Shown here: in pieces, positions 22,449-30,308 of the stretch
Numbering within the stretch: position 1 is the stretch's first letter
How the letters are laid out: each line of letters starts with the position of its first letter
Source: Burkholderiaceae bacterium
GTDB taxonomy: Bacteria > Pseudomonadota > Gammaproteobacteria > Burkholderiales > Burkholderiaceae_C
Direction of reading: 5' to 3'
Assembly: GCA_024235995.1 (NCBI GenBank)
Contig: JACKLI010000001.1
Location: 2,884,145 to 2,948,144 of the forward strand
Length of the DNA: 64,000 nt
Notes under the pieces: generated by a model
Seen by the model: only the letters and a program-made list of their open reading frames with translations
What the model was told of the DNA's origin: nothing
Databases searched by the model: none
Made by a program: the position numbers and the translations under genes

Positions 22449-22510
22449 ACGCTATAAAAACAGCAGCATGTTGCGCAATCCGGACGCCGGCAACAGCCTC
22501 AAAACGCTTG
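22449..22510. repeat. REP-like dispersed repeat, intergenic copy E
   Basis: ctataaaaacagcagca-TGTTGC-N15-GCAACA-gcctcaaaac. It is colinear with the miaA copy and has the same A-rich ends and central hairpin. Confidence 0.45.
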
Positions 22511-22524
22511 CAACCCGCGGGCTC

Positions 22525-23619
22525 TCACCGCTGCAGGGCCCAGCGCACGTGCTCGCGCACCATGGCGCTGGGGTGCCCGGCGCGCGCCTGCAGGGCCGCG
22601 CGCAGGGCGCCCACCCGCGGGTCGTCCGCGGGCAGCGCGGCGATGGCATTGCCCATGGCGGTGGCCACGTTGCGCAGCCAGCGCTCGTGGCCGATGCGGC
22701 GGATCGGCCCGCCCTCGGTGCGACGCAGGAACTCCTCCTCGGTCCAGGCCAGCAGCTCGATGAGCGCCGCGCTGCGCAGGCCGTCGCGGGCGTCGAAGTC
22801 GGGCAGCTCGCTGCGCTGGGCGTACTTGTTCCAGGGGCACACGGTCTGGCAGTCGTCGCATCCGTACACATGGTTGCCCATCAGCGGGCGCAGGGCCTCG
22901 TCGATGGCGCCGTCGTGCTCGATCGTCAGGTACGAGATGCAGCGGCGCGCGTCCACCCGGCCCGGCGCCACGATGGCGCCGGTGGGGCAGGCGTCGATGC
23001 AGGCGGTGCAGCTGCCGCAGTGCGGCTCCACCGCCGGCGTGGGCGGCAGGGCCAGGTCGACGAACAGCTCGCCCAGAAAGAACATCGAGCCCGCCTCGCG
23101 CGTCAGCACCAGGGTGTGCTTGCCGCGCCAGCCCAGGCCGCTGCGCGCGGCCAGCTCGCCCTCCAGCACCGGGGCCGAGTCGCTGAACACGCGGTGGCCG
23201 AAGGGGCCGAGCTGCGCGGCAATGCGATCCTGCAGCTTCTGCAGCCGCGCGCGCACCACCTTGTGGTAGTCCCGCCCCCGGGCGTAGAGCGAGACCACGC
23301 CCTCGGCGGGCCGCGCCAGGCGCTCGCGCTCGCGCTGCGGCCAGTCGGGCGCCTCGCTTCGTGGCAAATAATTCATGCGCGCCGTGATCACGCTCACGGT
23401 GCCCGGCACCAGTTCGGCCGGCCGCGCCCGCTTGAGGCCATGCGCGGCCATGTAATCCATGCTGCCGTGGAACCCGGCGGCCAGCCATTGCATCAGACCG
23501 GCTTCGGCGCTGGCCAGGTCCACGCCCGCCACGCCCACGTGCGCAAAACCCAGCTCGCGCGCCCACTGGCGGATGCTGGCCAGCAAGGCCTCGGAATCGA
23601 TTCGAACCCCATGTCCCAT
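22525..23619 (-). CDS. queG: Epoxyqueuosine reductase
   Basis: Two 4Fe-4S ferredoxin motifs are present (CGSCTACIDACPT and CDDCQTVCPWN). The start MGHGVRIDSEALLASIRQWARELGF is QueG-like. Confidence 0.9.
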   Translation of the reverse strand: MGHGVRIDSEALLASIRQWARELGFAHVGVAGVDLASAEAGLMQWLAAGFHGSMDYMAAHGLKRARPAELVPGTVSVITARMNYLPRSEAPDWPQRERERLARPAEGVVSLYARGRDYHKVVRARLQKLQDRIAAQLGPFGHRVFSDSAPVLEGELAARSGLGWRGKHTLVLTREAGSMFFLGELFVDLALPPTPAVEPHCGSCTACIDACPTGAIVAPGRVDARRCISYLTIEHDGAIDEALRPLMGNHVYGCDDCQTVCPWNKYAQRSELPDFDARDGLRSAALIELLAWTEEEFLRRTEGGPIRRIGHERWLRNVATAMGNAIAALPADDPRVGALRAALQARAGHPSAMVREHVRWALQR

Positions 23620-24111
23620 CACGCTCCGATTGTAGAAAGCCCACCCACCCTCGCGCTGACCTGGCACACCGAGGACGACACCGCCGCCTTCGCTGCCCGC
23701 CTGGCCGCGCGGCCGCTGCTGCGCAACGCCTTCATCGCCCTGCACGGCGAGCTGGGCGCGGGCAAGACCAGCTTCGTGCGCCACCTGCTGCGCGCGCTGG
23801 GCGTGACGGGGCCCATCAAGAGCCCCACCTACGCCGTGGTCGAGCCGCACCAGGCGCCGGACGGCCTGGCCATCTCGCACTTCGACTTCTACCGCTTTGC
23901 CGACCCGCGCGAGTGGGAAGACGCCGGCCTGCGCGACCTGTTTGCCGCGCCCGGCCTGAAGCTGGCCGAATGGCCCGAGCACGCCGCCCCGCTGCTGCCC
24001 ACGGCCGACCTGACGCTGCGGCTGGACGTGGACGCCGACGAGCGCCGCCGCGTGCACCTGGTCGCCGGCACGCGCGTTGGAGAGCAACTGCTGCAGGAAT
24101 TGCGTGCATGA
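23611..24111 (+). CDS. tsaE: tRNA t6A37 biosynthesis protein TsaE
   Basis: P-loop GELGAGKTSFVR and SPTYAVVEPH are present. It sits upstream of the cell-wall amidase gene, as in the E. coli yjeE-amiB arrangement. Confidence 0.85.
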   Translation: MSHHAPIVESPPTLALTWHTEDDTAAFAARLAARPLLRNAFIALHGELGAGKTSFVRHLLRALGVTGPIKSPTYAVVEPHQAPDGLAISHFDFYRFADPREWEDAGLRDLFAAPGLKLAEWPEHAAPLLPTADLTLRLDVDADERRRVHLVAGTRVGEQLLQELRA

Positions 24112-25487
24112 CCTCACCGCTGCCTCCCGCTCCCTCGTCGCCCGAACGCCGCCGCCTGCTCAAGACCGGCTCGCTGGTGCTGCTGATCGGCGCCCACCAA
24201 ATTGCCCACGGCGCCGGCATCGTGGCCGTGCGCATCTGGCCGGCCGAGGACTATTCGCGCGTCACCATCGAGTCCGACCGCCCGCTGCAGACCACGCACA
24301 CCCTGGTGGTGTCGCCGCCGCGCCTGGCGGTCGACATCGAGGGCCTGCAGCTGGACGCCACGCTGCGCGAGCTGGTGGCCAAGGTGCGCGCCGACGACCC
24401 CAACATCGCCGGCATCCGCGTCGGCCAGTTCACGCCCAGCGTGGTGCGCCTGGTGATCGACCTCAAGCACGACATCCGGCCCGAGGTCTTCACGCTGGCG
24501 CCGGTGGCCGCCTACCGCAACCGCCTGGTGTTCGACCTGTACCCCGCCAACCCACCCGACCCGCTGGAGCAACTGATTGCCCAGCGCCTGAGCGGCCCCA
24601 CGCCCGCCGCACCCGGCCCGGGCAGCGCCGCCCCGGCGGCCGAGCCCGCGCCCGACACCCTGGGCGAGCTGATCGCGCGCCAGATCGAACGCGCCAACCA
24701 GGCCGTGCGCACCGGCCCGCGCGCGCCCGAGCGCGCCACCGCGCGCGGCCCCGAGCCGCCGGCCGAGCGCCTGATCATCGTCGCCATCGACCCCGGCCAC
24801 GGCGGCGAGGACCCCGGCGCCACCGGCCCCAATGGCACGCACGAGAAGGACGTGGTGCTGCAGATCGCGCTCAGGCTGCGCGAGCGCATCAACCGCGCCA
24901 GCGTGGGCGGCAACCCCATGCGCGCCTACCTCACGCGCGACGCCGACTTCTTCGTGCCGCTGGCCACCCGCGTGAGCAAGGCGCGGCGCGTGCGCGCCGA
25001 CCTGTTCGTCAGCATCCACGCCGACGCCTTCATGCGCCCCGACGCCAACGGCGCCAGCGTGTTCGCGCTGTCCGAGCGCGGCGCCTCCAGCACCGCCGCG
25101 CGCTGGCTGGCCAACAAGGAGAACGAGGCCGACCGCATCGGCGGCGTCAACGTGGACGACAAGGACTGGCACGTGCAGCGCACGCTGCTGGACATGAGCA
25201 CCACCGTGCAGATCCGCGACAGCCTGAAGCTGGCCGACGCCGTGCTGCGCCGCATCGGCACCGTCGGGCGCCTGCACAAGGATAGCGTGGAGCGCGCCAA
25301 CTTCGCCGTGCTGCGCAACCCCGACGTGCCCAGCGTGCTGGTCGAGACCGCCTTCATCAGCAACCCCGACGAGGAGCGCCGCCTGCGCAGCCCCGCCTAC
25401 CAGGACCAGCTGGCCGACGCGCTGGCCAGCGGCATCCAGAAATACTTTGCCGCCAACCCGCCGCTGGCGCGCAACCGGGCGGTGTAG
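24108..25487 (+). CDS. N-acetylmuramoyl-L-alanine amidase (AmiB/AmiC type, Tat signal, AMIN domain)
   Basis: Twin-arginine signal SPERRRLLKTG, an AMIN-like N-terminal domain (VRIWPAEDYSRVTIES) and an Amidase_3 domain (IDPGHGGEDPGA, ISIHADA equivalent VSIHADAF). The ATGA overlaps the tsaE stop. Confidence 0.9.
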   Translation: MTSPLPPAPSSPERRRLLKTGSLVLLIGAHQIAHGAGIVAVRIWPAEDYSRVTIESDRPLQTTHTLVVSPPRLAVDIEGLQLDATLRELVAKVRADDPNIAGIRVGQFTPSVVRLVIDLKHDIRPEVFTLAPVAAYRNRLVFDLYPANPPDPLEQLIAQRLSGPTPAAPGPGSAAPAAEPAPDTLGELIARQIERANQAVRTGPRAPERATARGPEPPAERLIIVAIDPGHGGEDPGATGPNGTHEKDVVLQIALRLRERINRASVGGNPMRAYLTRDADFFVPLATRVSKARRVRADLFVSIHADAFMRPDANGASVFALSERGASSTAARWLANKENEADRIGGVNVDDKDWHVQRTLLDMSTTVQIRDSLKLADAVLRRIGTVGRLHKDSVERANFAVLRNPDVPSVLVETAFISNPDEERRLRSPAYQDQLADALASGIQKYFAANPPLARNRAV

Positions 25488-25549
25488 CGCGGGGTGTAGG
25501 CTAGGGGTTGCGTGCCGCCAGCGCGCCATCCATTCGACAGGAGTTCGTC

Positions 25550-25876
25550 ATGGCCCAACCCCACCTGGCCCCCGGCCAAATCGGCAGCGTGTCGCCCCTG
25601 GGCAGCAGGCTGGCCCAGACCCCGTCCTACGCCCTGCTGAAGGCGCCGCAGCTCGAAGTCATCCGCGTGGTGCTGCCGGCGGGCAGGACCATGCCCGGCC
25701 ACCAGGTCGCCGGCGAAATCACCGTGCAATGCCTGGAAGGCGTGATCGACTTCGAGATCGCGGGCCAAAGCCAGCGCATGCGCCAGGGCGACTTCCTGCA
25801 CCTGGCCGGCGGCGTGGCGCACCAGCTGACCGGGGTGGAGGACGCCTCGGCGCTGGTGACGATCTGCCTGGCTTGA
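25550..25876 (+). CDS. Cupin domain protein
   Basis: 108-aa small beta-barrel pattern (GHQVAGEITVQCLEGV...GDFLHLAGGVAHQL). AGGAG lies 6 nt upstream of the ATG. Confidence 0.7.
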   Translation: MAQPHLAPGQIGSVSPLGSRLAQTPSYALLKAPQLEVIRVVLPAGRTMPGHQVAGEITVQCLEGVIDFEIAGQSQRMRQGDFLHLAGGVAHQLTGVEDASALVTICLA

Positions 25877-25888
25877 GCGTCACCCGAT

Positions 25889-26539
25889 TCACACCGCGGC
25901 GTGGCCCGCCCGCCCGGCCTTCCAGGCGCCAAACAGGGCGATCAGCCCCGGCACCAGAATCAGCGCCCAGATGATCTTGCTGAGGTTGGCCTGCACCCAG
26001 GGCAGGTTGCCGAACAGGTAGCCCGCCGTCACCAGCCCCAGCACCCAGATGGCCCCGCCCGCCACGTTGAACAGCGTGAAGCGCGCGCGGCCCATGGCCG
26101 CCACGCCCGCCACGAAGGGCACGAAGGTGCGGATGAAGGGCATGAAGCGCGCCAGGATCACCGTGATGCCGCCGTAGCGCTCGTAGAACGCGTGCGCCTT
26201 GTCGAACGCCCGGCGGTTGAACCAGCGCGAGTCCTCCCACTGAAACACCTTGGGCCCCAGGCGCCGCCCGATGCTGTAATTGCACTGATCGCCCAGGATG
26301 GCCGCCGCCAGCAGCACCGCGCAGGCCAGCGGCCCGCTCATCAGGCCCGCGCCGGCCAGCGCGCCGGCCACGAACAGCAGCGAGTCGCCCGGCAGGAAGG
26401 GCATCACCACCACGCCCGTCTCGACGAACACGATGAGAAACAGCAGCGCGTAGACCCACGCGCCATAGTGCGCCACGAAGGCGCCGAGGTAGCGATCGAC
26501 GTGCAGGATGAAGTCGACCAGGTGCATGACGTATTCCAT
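25889..26539 (-). CDS. DedA family membrane protein
   Basis: FVETGVVVMPFLPGDSLLF and RFMPFIRTFVPFVAGV are DedA/SNARE-associated motifs. Confidence 0.85.
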   Translation of the reverse strand: MEYVMHLVDFILHVDRYLGAFVAHYGAWVYALLFLIVFVETGVVVMPFLPGDSLLFVAGALAGAGLMSGPLACAVLLAAAILGDQCNYSIGRRLGPKVFQWEDSRWFNRRAFDKAHAFYERYGGITVILARFMPFIRTFVPFVAGVAAMGRARFTLFNVAGGAIWVLGLVTAGYLFGNLPWVQANLSKIIWALILVPGLIALFGAWKAGRAGHAAV

Positions 26540-26613
26540 GGGGCGTCATTATCGATGCCGGTCATCAGGCGCCCCTATCCCGTCGTACAGCATCAGCACT
26601 ATACTGAACACTA

Positions 26614-26625
26614 TTTGTCAACAAT
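26614..26625. promoter_or_regulatory. Candidate GntR/FadR-type operator (site 1, gntR promoter)
   Basis: tTTGT-CA-ACAAt is an inverted repeat fitting the GT-N-AC GntR core. The same 11-mer TTGTCAACAAT recurs at 29207-29218. TATACT at 26600-26605 is a possible -10. Confidence 0.4.
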
Positions 26626-26642
26626 CTTCACATCAACGTACT

Positions 26643-27377
26643 GTGTCCAAAGTCATCGCATCGGACCAAGCCATCTTTGCGCGCTGGGAGAACGCGATCG
26701 AGTTGCGGCTGTTCGCCGACTCAGCGGGCCCCACGCTGTCGGTTCCCGAGCAGGTGGCGGCCAAAGTGGGCAACCGCATCGTGGCTGGAACGCTGGCGCC
26801 GGGTTCGCGCATCGGTGAGCAAGAGTTGGCCGATGAATTTAAACTCAGCCGTGGTCCGGTGCGCGAAGCAATCCGAATTCTGGAGCGGGAGGGTCTGGTT
26901 CAAGTGTTGCCGCGGCGCGGTGCCATCGTCACACAACTCTCGCCCACCGAGTTGCGCGAGGTGTTCGAAATTCGTTCGGGGCTGTTTGACATCGCCGTGC
27001 GCAAAGTCACGCAGGAACGTCCGCCTGAGTTGTTGGCCGTGATGCGCGCCGGGCTGCAGCGCCTGCAAACTCTGGTCGATGACCCGTCAGGCGGCGATGC
27101 GTATGCCGAAGTCACCTACCGGCTGATTCTGATTTGCACACGTTTTTCCGGCAACGAGCGCCTCAGCCGCATGATCGCAGCACTTTCGCTGCAAAGCCTG
27201 CGCTACAGCAAACTCGGATTGGCGTCATTGGAGCGACGACGACGCTCGCTGCAACTATGGAAGCAGGCGACCAAGGCCATGGAGCACTGGGATACCGAGG
27301 CCATGATGCAACTGGCGCGTCAACGCAGTGAAGAGTCGGCCGAGGAGGCGGCGCGGCTGCTGAGCAAGAGTGCGTGA
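26643..27377 (+). CDS. GntR family (FadR/FCD subfamily) transcriptional regulator
   Basis: wHTH ELADEFKLSRGPVREAIRILEREGLV followed by a helical C-terminal FCD-like domain. I chose the GTG at 26643; the ORF-track start at 26508 overlaps dedA. Confidence 0.8.
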   Translation: MSKVIASDQAIFARWENAIELRLFADSAGPTLSVPEQVAAKVGNRIVAGTLAPGSRIGEQELADEFKLSRGPVREAIRILEREGLVQVLPRRGAIVTQLSPTELREVFEIRSGLFDIAVRKVTQERPPELLAVMRAGLQRLQTLVDDPSGGDAYAEVTYRLILICTRFSGNERLSRMIAALSLQSLRYSKLGLASLERRRRSLQLWKQATKAMEHWDTEAMMQLARQRSEESAEEAARLLSKSA

Positions 27378-27380
27378 AGT

Positions 27381-28946
27381 TCAGTCCGCACCGTCGGCAA
27401 ACAAGGCCGCCAGCTTCACCTTGACCACCTTGCCAGCCAGGTTGCGCGGCAAGGCCTTGGAAAAGATCAGCCGTCGCGGCTTCTTGTAACCCGCGATGCG
27501 CTCGGCGCAATGCGCTTGCAGTTGCGACGCATCAACAACCATACCTTCGAGCGGCACCACCACCGCCGCCACCACCTCGCCCCATTGCGGATCGGGCAAA
27601 CCGATCACCGCAGCCTCCGACACGGACGGGTGCGTCAGCAATGCGTCCTCCACCTCGCGGGCGTATACGTTGAAACCCCCGCTGATGATCATGTCCTTGT
27701 TGCGTCCGACGATGTGCAGATATCCGTTCCGATCGAACCGTCCCAGGTCACCGCTGTAATACCACCCGTCGCGAACACTGGCCGCCAGCAAGTCCGGTCG
27801 ACGCCAGAACTCGACCTTGCCCACCCCCTCGTGGGCGATGGTTACTTCACCCACCTCGCCATGCGCAACCTCCTGGCCCTGGACATCGCGCAACACGATG
27901 CGCACGTTGACCGTGGGCCGCCCGCAGGAGCCAATTGAATCATCGTCACCATCGACGCTATCGCCAACATGCTCGTGCGGATAAAGCACCGTCAAGGGTT
28001 GCACCGCCTCCGTCATGCCGTATTGCTGACGCAGGATCGGCCCAAACACGGCTTGCGCGCGCCGAATCAGTGCGACCGGCGTGGGCGCCGTCCCATAGTG
28101 GATGCGCTTGAGCGAGGAGCAGTCGGCGCGCGCGCCACCTTCCACGGCTTCCACCAAGCGGCTCATCATGGTGGGCACCAGCATCAGGTGTGTAACGCGC
28201 TCGCGCTCTATGGCAGCCAACAACGACAGCGGATCGAAGCGCTCAAGGATCACGTTGCGCGCACCGCGCAAAAAGCACGGGAACAGATACACCCCTGCCG
28301 CATGCGTGAGCGGGCCCACATGCAGCATGGCGTCGTCCACCGACAGGCCGTACTCCATAGCCAGAAAATGATTGACCAGGCGTTCATGCACGCGCTGGTG
28401 CGAGTAGGCCACCCCCTTGGGCCGGCCGGTGGTGCCACTGGTATAGGCAATGCGCACATAGTGTTCGGGCCGAACTTCCAGACAGGGCGGCATCGGGGAC
28501 GCCTGCGCACAGGCCTGCGCCAGATCAAGCACGCCATTGCCTGAAACGCCGAAGCCCAGAACGCGCCGCAGCTCTCCCAGTCCCGATTCAGCCTCAGCTG
28601 CAAAAGCGGCCGTCAATTCGGCAAACTGCGGCCCCACGATCACCGCGCTGGCCTGGGCATCGGCCAAGATGTCCCTGTGTTCCGCCAGCGTGTGGCGAGC
28701 GTTCAGCGCCACATAGGTCAACGCAGCCTTCTCGACACCAAACAGGCTGTCCAAACTTTCGACCGAGTTCTCCAGCAGTACCGCCACGCGCTCGCCTGGC
28801 TTGAGTCCCAGGGCAAGCAATGCGTGGGCCAAGCGGTTGCTGCGCTGCTCCATCTCAATGTGGCTGTAGCTGCGGTCTTGAAACACAAGAGATGGGCGCT
28901 CGCCATGCTGATGCGCCGCCCAGGAGATCAGTTGCCCGGCAATCAC
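27381..28946 (-). CDS. AMP-dependent acyl-CoA synthetase/ligase
   Basis: Adenylation motifs YTSGTTGRPKGV, GYGMTE-like QQYGMTEA, SGDLGRFDRNGYL and a C-terminal K. The GTG at 28946 overlaps the upstream stop (GTGA). Confidence 0.85.
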   Translation of the reverse strand: MIAGQLISWAAHQHGERPSLVFQDRSYSHIEMEQRSNRLAHALLALGLKPGERVAVLLENSVESLDSLFGVEKAALTYVALNARHTLAEHRDILADAQASAVIVGPQFAELTAAFAAEAESGLGELRRVLGFGVSGNGVLDLAQACAQASPMPPCLEVRPEHYVRIAYTSGTTGRPKGVAYSHQRVHERLVNHFLAMEYGLSVDDAMLHVGPLTHAAGVYLFPCFLRGARNVILERFDPLSLLAAIERERVTHLMLVPTMMSRLVEAVEGGARADCSSLKRIHYGTAPTPVALIRRAQAVFGPILRQQYGMTEAVQPLTVLYPHEHVGDSVDGDDDSIGSCGRPTVNVRIVLRDVQGQEVAHGEVGEVTIAHEGVGKVEFWRRPDLLAASVRDGWYYSGDLGRFDRNGYLHIVGRNKDMIISGGFNVYAREVEDALLTHPSVSEAAVIGLPDPQWGEVVAAVVVPLEGMVVDASQLQAHCAERIAGYKKPRRLIFSKALPRNLAGKVVKVKLAALFADGAD

Positions 28947-29158
28947 CCCAGCACCACCACACCCTGGCCTTCGGCCACAACTTCGCCTTCGCCCACCAAC
29001 AGCCGCAACACCCGCCCGGCTCTGGGAGCGGTCATGGGGATTTCCATCTTCATGCTTTCCATGACGAGCAGAGTTTGCTCGGCCGTCACCTCTTGGCCTT
29101 CGATGACCTCCAGTTTCCAGACCGTGCCCGTGACTTCGGATTGCAGGGTTTGCGCCAT
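28943..29158 (-). CDS. Stand-alone biotinyl (biotin/lipoyl attachment) domain protein, 71 aa
   Basis: The biotinylation motif is (V)MESMKME, and the beta-sandwich pattern is GTVWKLEV..G..V. AAGGAG lies 6 nt upstream of the ATG. Confidence 0.8.
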   Translation of the reverse strand: MAQTLQSEVTGTVWKLEVIEGQEVTAEQTLLVMESMKMEIPMTAPRAGRVLRLLVGEGEVVAEGQGVVVLG

Positions 29159-29206
29159 GTGAACTCCTTGATTCATTCAATTTGTCCAATTTTAATCGAC
29201 ATTATG

Positions 29207-29218
29207 ATTGTTGACAAT
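29207..29218. promoter_or_regulatory. Candidate GntR-type operator (site 2, divergent promoter region)
   Basis: ATTGT-TG-ACAAT is a 5-bp-arm inverted repeat between the biotinyl-protein gene (-) and tctC (+). A weaker related site, tttgtccaat, lies at 29181-29190. Confidence 0.4.
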
Positions 29219-29321
29219 ATCATTTTTACCTGATTCAATCTGATATTCAAAACCAGGGGCGCTGCGTCGATCTTGTTCGCCGACGCCTGCGCCACGCACC
29301 CCACCCTCGAAAGGAGACCCC

Positions 29322-30308
29322 ATGAGACTTTCCGCTCTGGCCGTCACGGCTCTGGCGTTCTGGAGTGCCGACACGGCAATGGCGCAGACCCCGTGGGCTC
29401 CCACCGAACGCATCACCTACATCGTCGGCGTCGCGCCCGGAGGCACGGTTGATCTGTATGCCCGCGGCATCAAGAACACGCTGGAGCAGCTCAAGCTGAC
29501 CCACAACCAGGTGATCGTGGTCGAAAACAAGGTAGGCGCTGGCGGCGCGCTGGCCTTGCAGCAGCTAAAAAGCAACGCCGGCAACGCGCATGATCTGGGC
29601 ACGTTCCACACCGGCGCCATCGCGGGCGCCGTCACGGGTCTGATCAAGGCCGATCCGCGCGACTTCACCCCCGTGGCCATGATGGTAGAAGAGACCTCTT
29701 TGGTGGCCGTACGCGCCGATTCAGCCATCAAGAGTGGCGCCGACCTGGTCGCTGCACTCAAGGCTGACCCCACCCAAATCCGCATCGCCGTGGCGCCGGC
29801 CCTGGGCCAGAACACCCACATGGCCGTCGCCAAGCCGTTGAAGGTTGCGGGCGTCGCCGTCGACAAGCTCACCATCGCACCCTTTCGCTCGTCCGGTGAA
29901 TCCGTGACGGCGCTGATTGGCGGGCATGTGGACGTGGTGTCGGCCACCGCACCGGTCATCCTTCCACAGGTGGTGGCGGGCAAGCTGCGGGTGCTGGCCA
30001 GCGCTGCCGCCGAGCCGGGAACCGGCGCCCTCGCCGGCATCAAGACCTGGCGCGAGCAGGGCGTGCCCGCCGACTACGTCAGCTACAACGGCGTAATGCT
30101 GCCGCCCGGCGTGAATGCCGAACAGATCCGTTATTGGGAAGAAGCGCTACGCCGTGTCTCGCAGGACAAGAACTGGCAAACCATGGTCGAACAGTCGGGC
30201 AACAAGCCGATCTTTCGCGGCTACGTCGAATCGCACCGCTACCTGATGTCCGAGTGGCAGTCCGCCACCGAACTGGCCACCAGCCTGGGCCTGAAAGGCG
30301 CGCGATGA
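29322..30308 (+). CDS. Bug/TctC family tripartite tricarboxylate transporter substrate-binding protein
   Basis: Signal peptide MRLSALAVTALAFWSADTAMAQ. The Bug-family core is VVENKVGAGGALA ... FRSSGESVTALIGGHVD. Confidence 0.85.
   Translation: MRLSALAVTALAFWSADTAMAQTPWAPTERITYIVGVAPGGTVDLYARGIKNTLEQLKLTHNQVIVVENKVGAGGALALQQLKSNAGNAHDLGTFHTGAIAGAVTGLIKADPRDFTPVAMMVEETSLVAVRADSAIKSGADLVAALKADPTQIRIAVAPALGQNTHMAVAKPLKVAGVAVDKLTIAPFRSSGESVTALIGGHVDVVSATAPVILPQVVAGKLRVLASAAAEPGTGALAGIKTWREQGVPADYVSYNGVMLPPGVNAEQIRYWEEALRRVSQDKNWQTMVEQSGNKPIFRGYVESHRYLMSEWQSATELATSLGLKGAR

Noticed and set aside
23620-24117. N-terminal extension of the queG frame (ORF 22525-24117), and the plus-strand ORF part 22432-23610 upstream of tsaE.
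   Set aside because: QueG-like and TsaE-like sequence each start at the overlapping ATGs near 23611-23619. The extensions are antisense shadows of the opposite gene.
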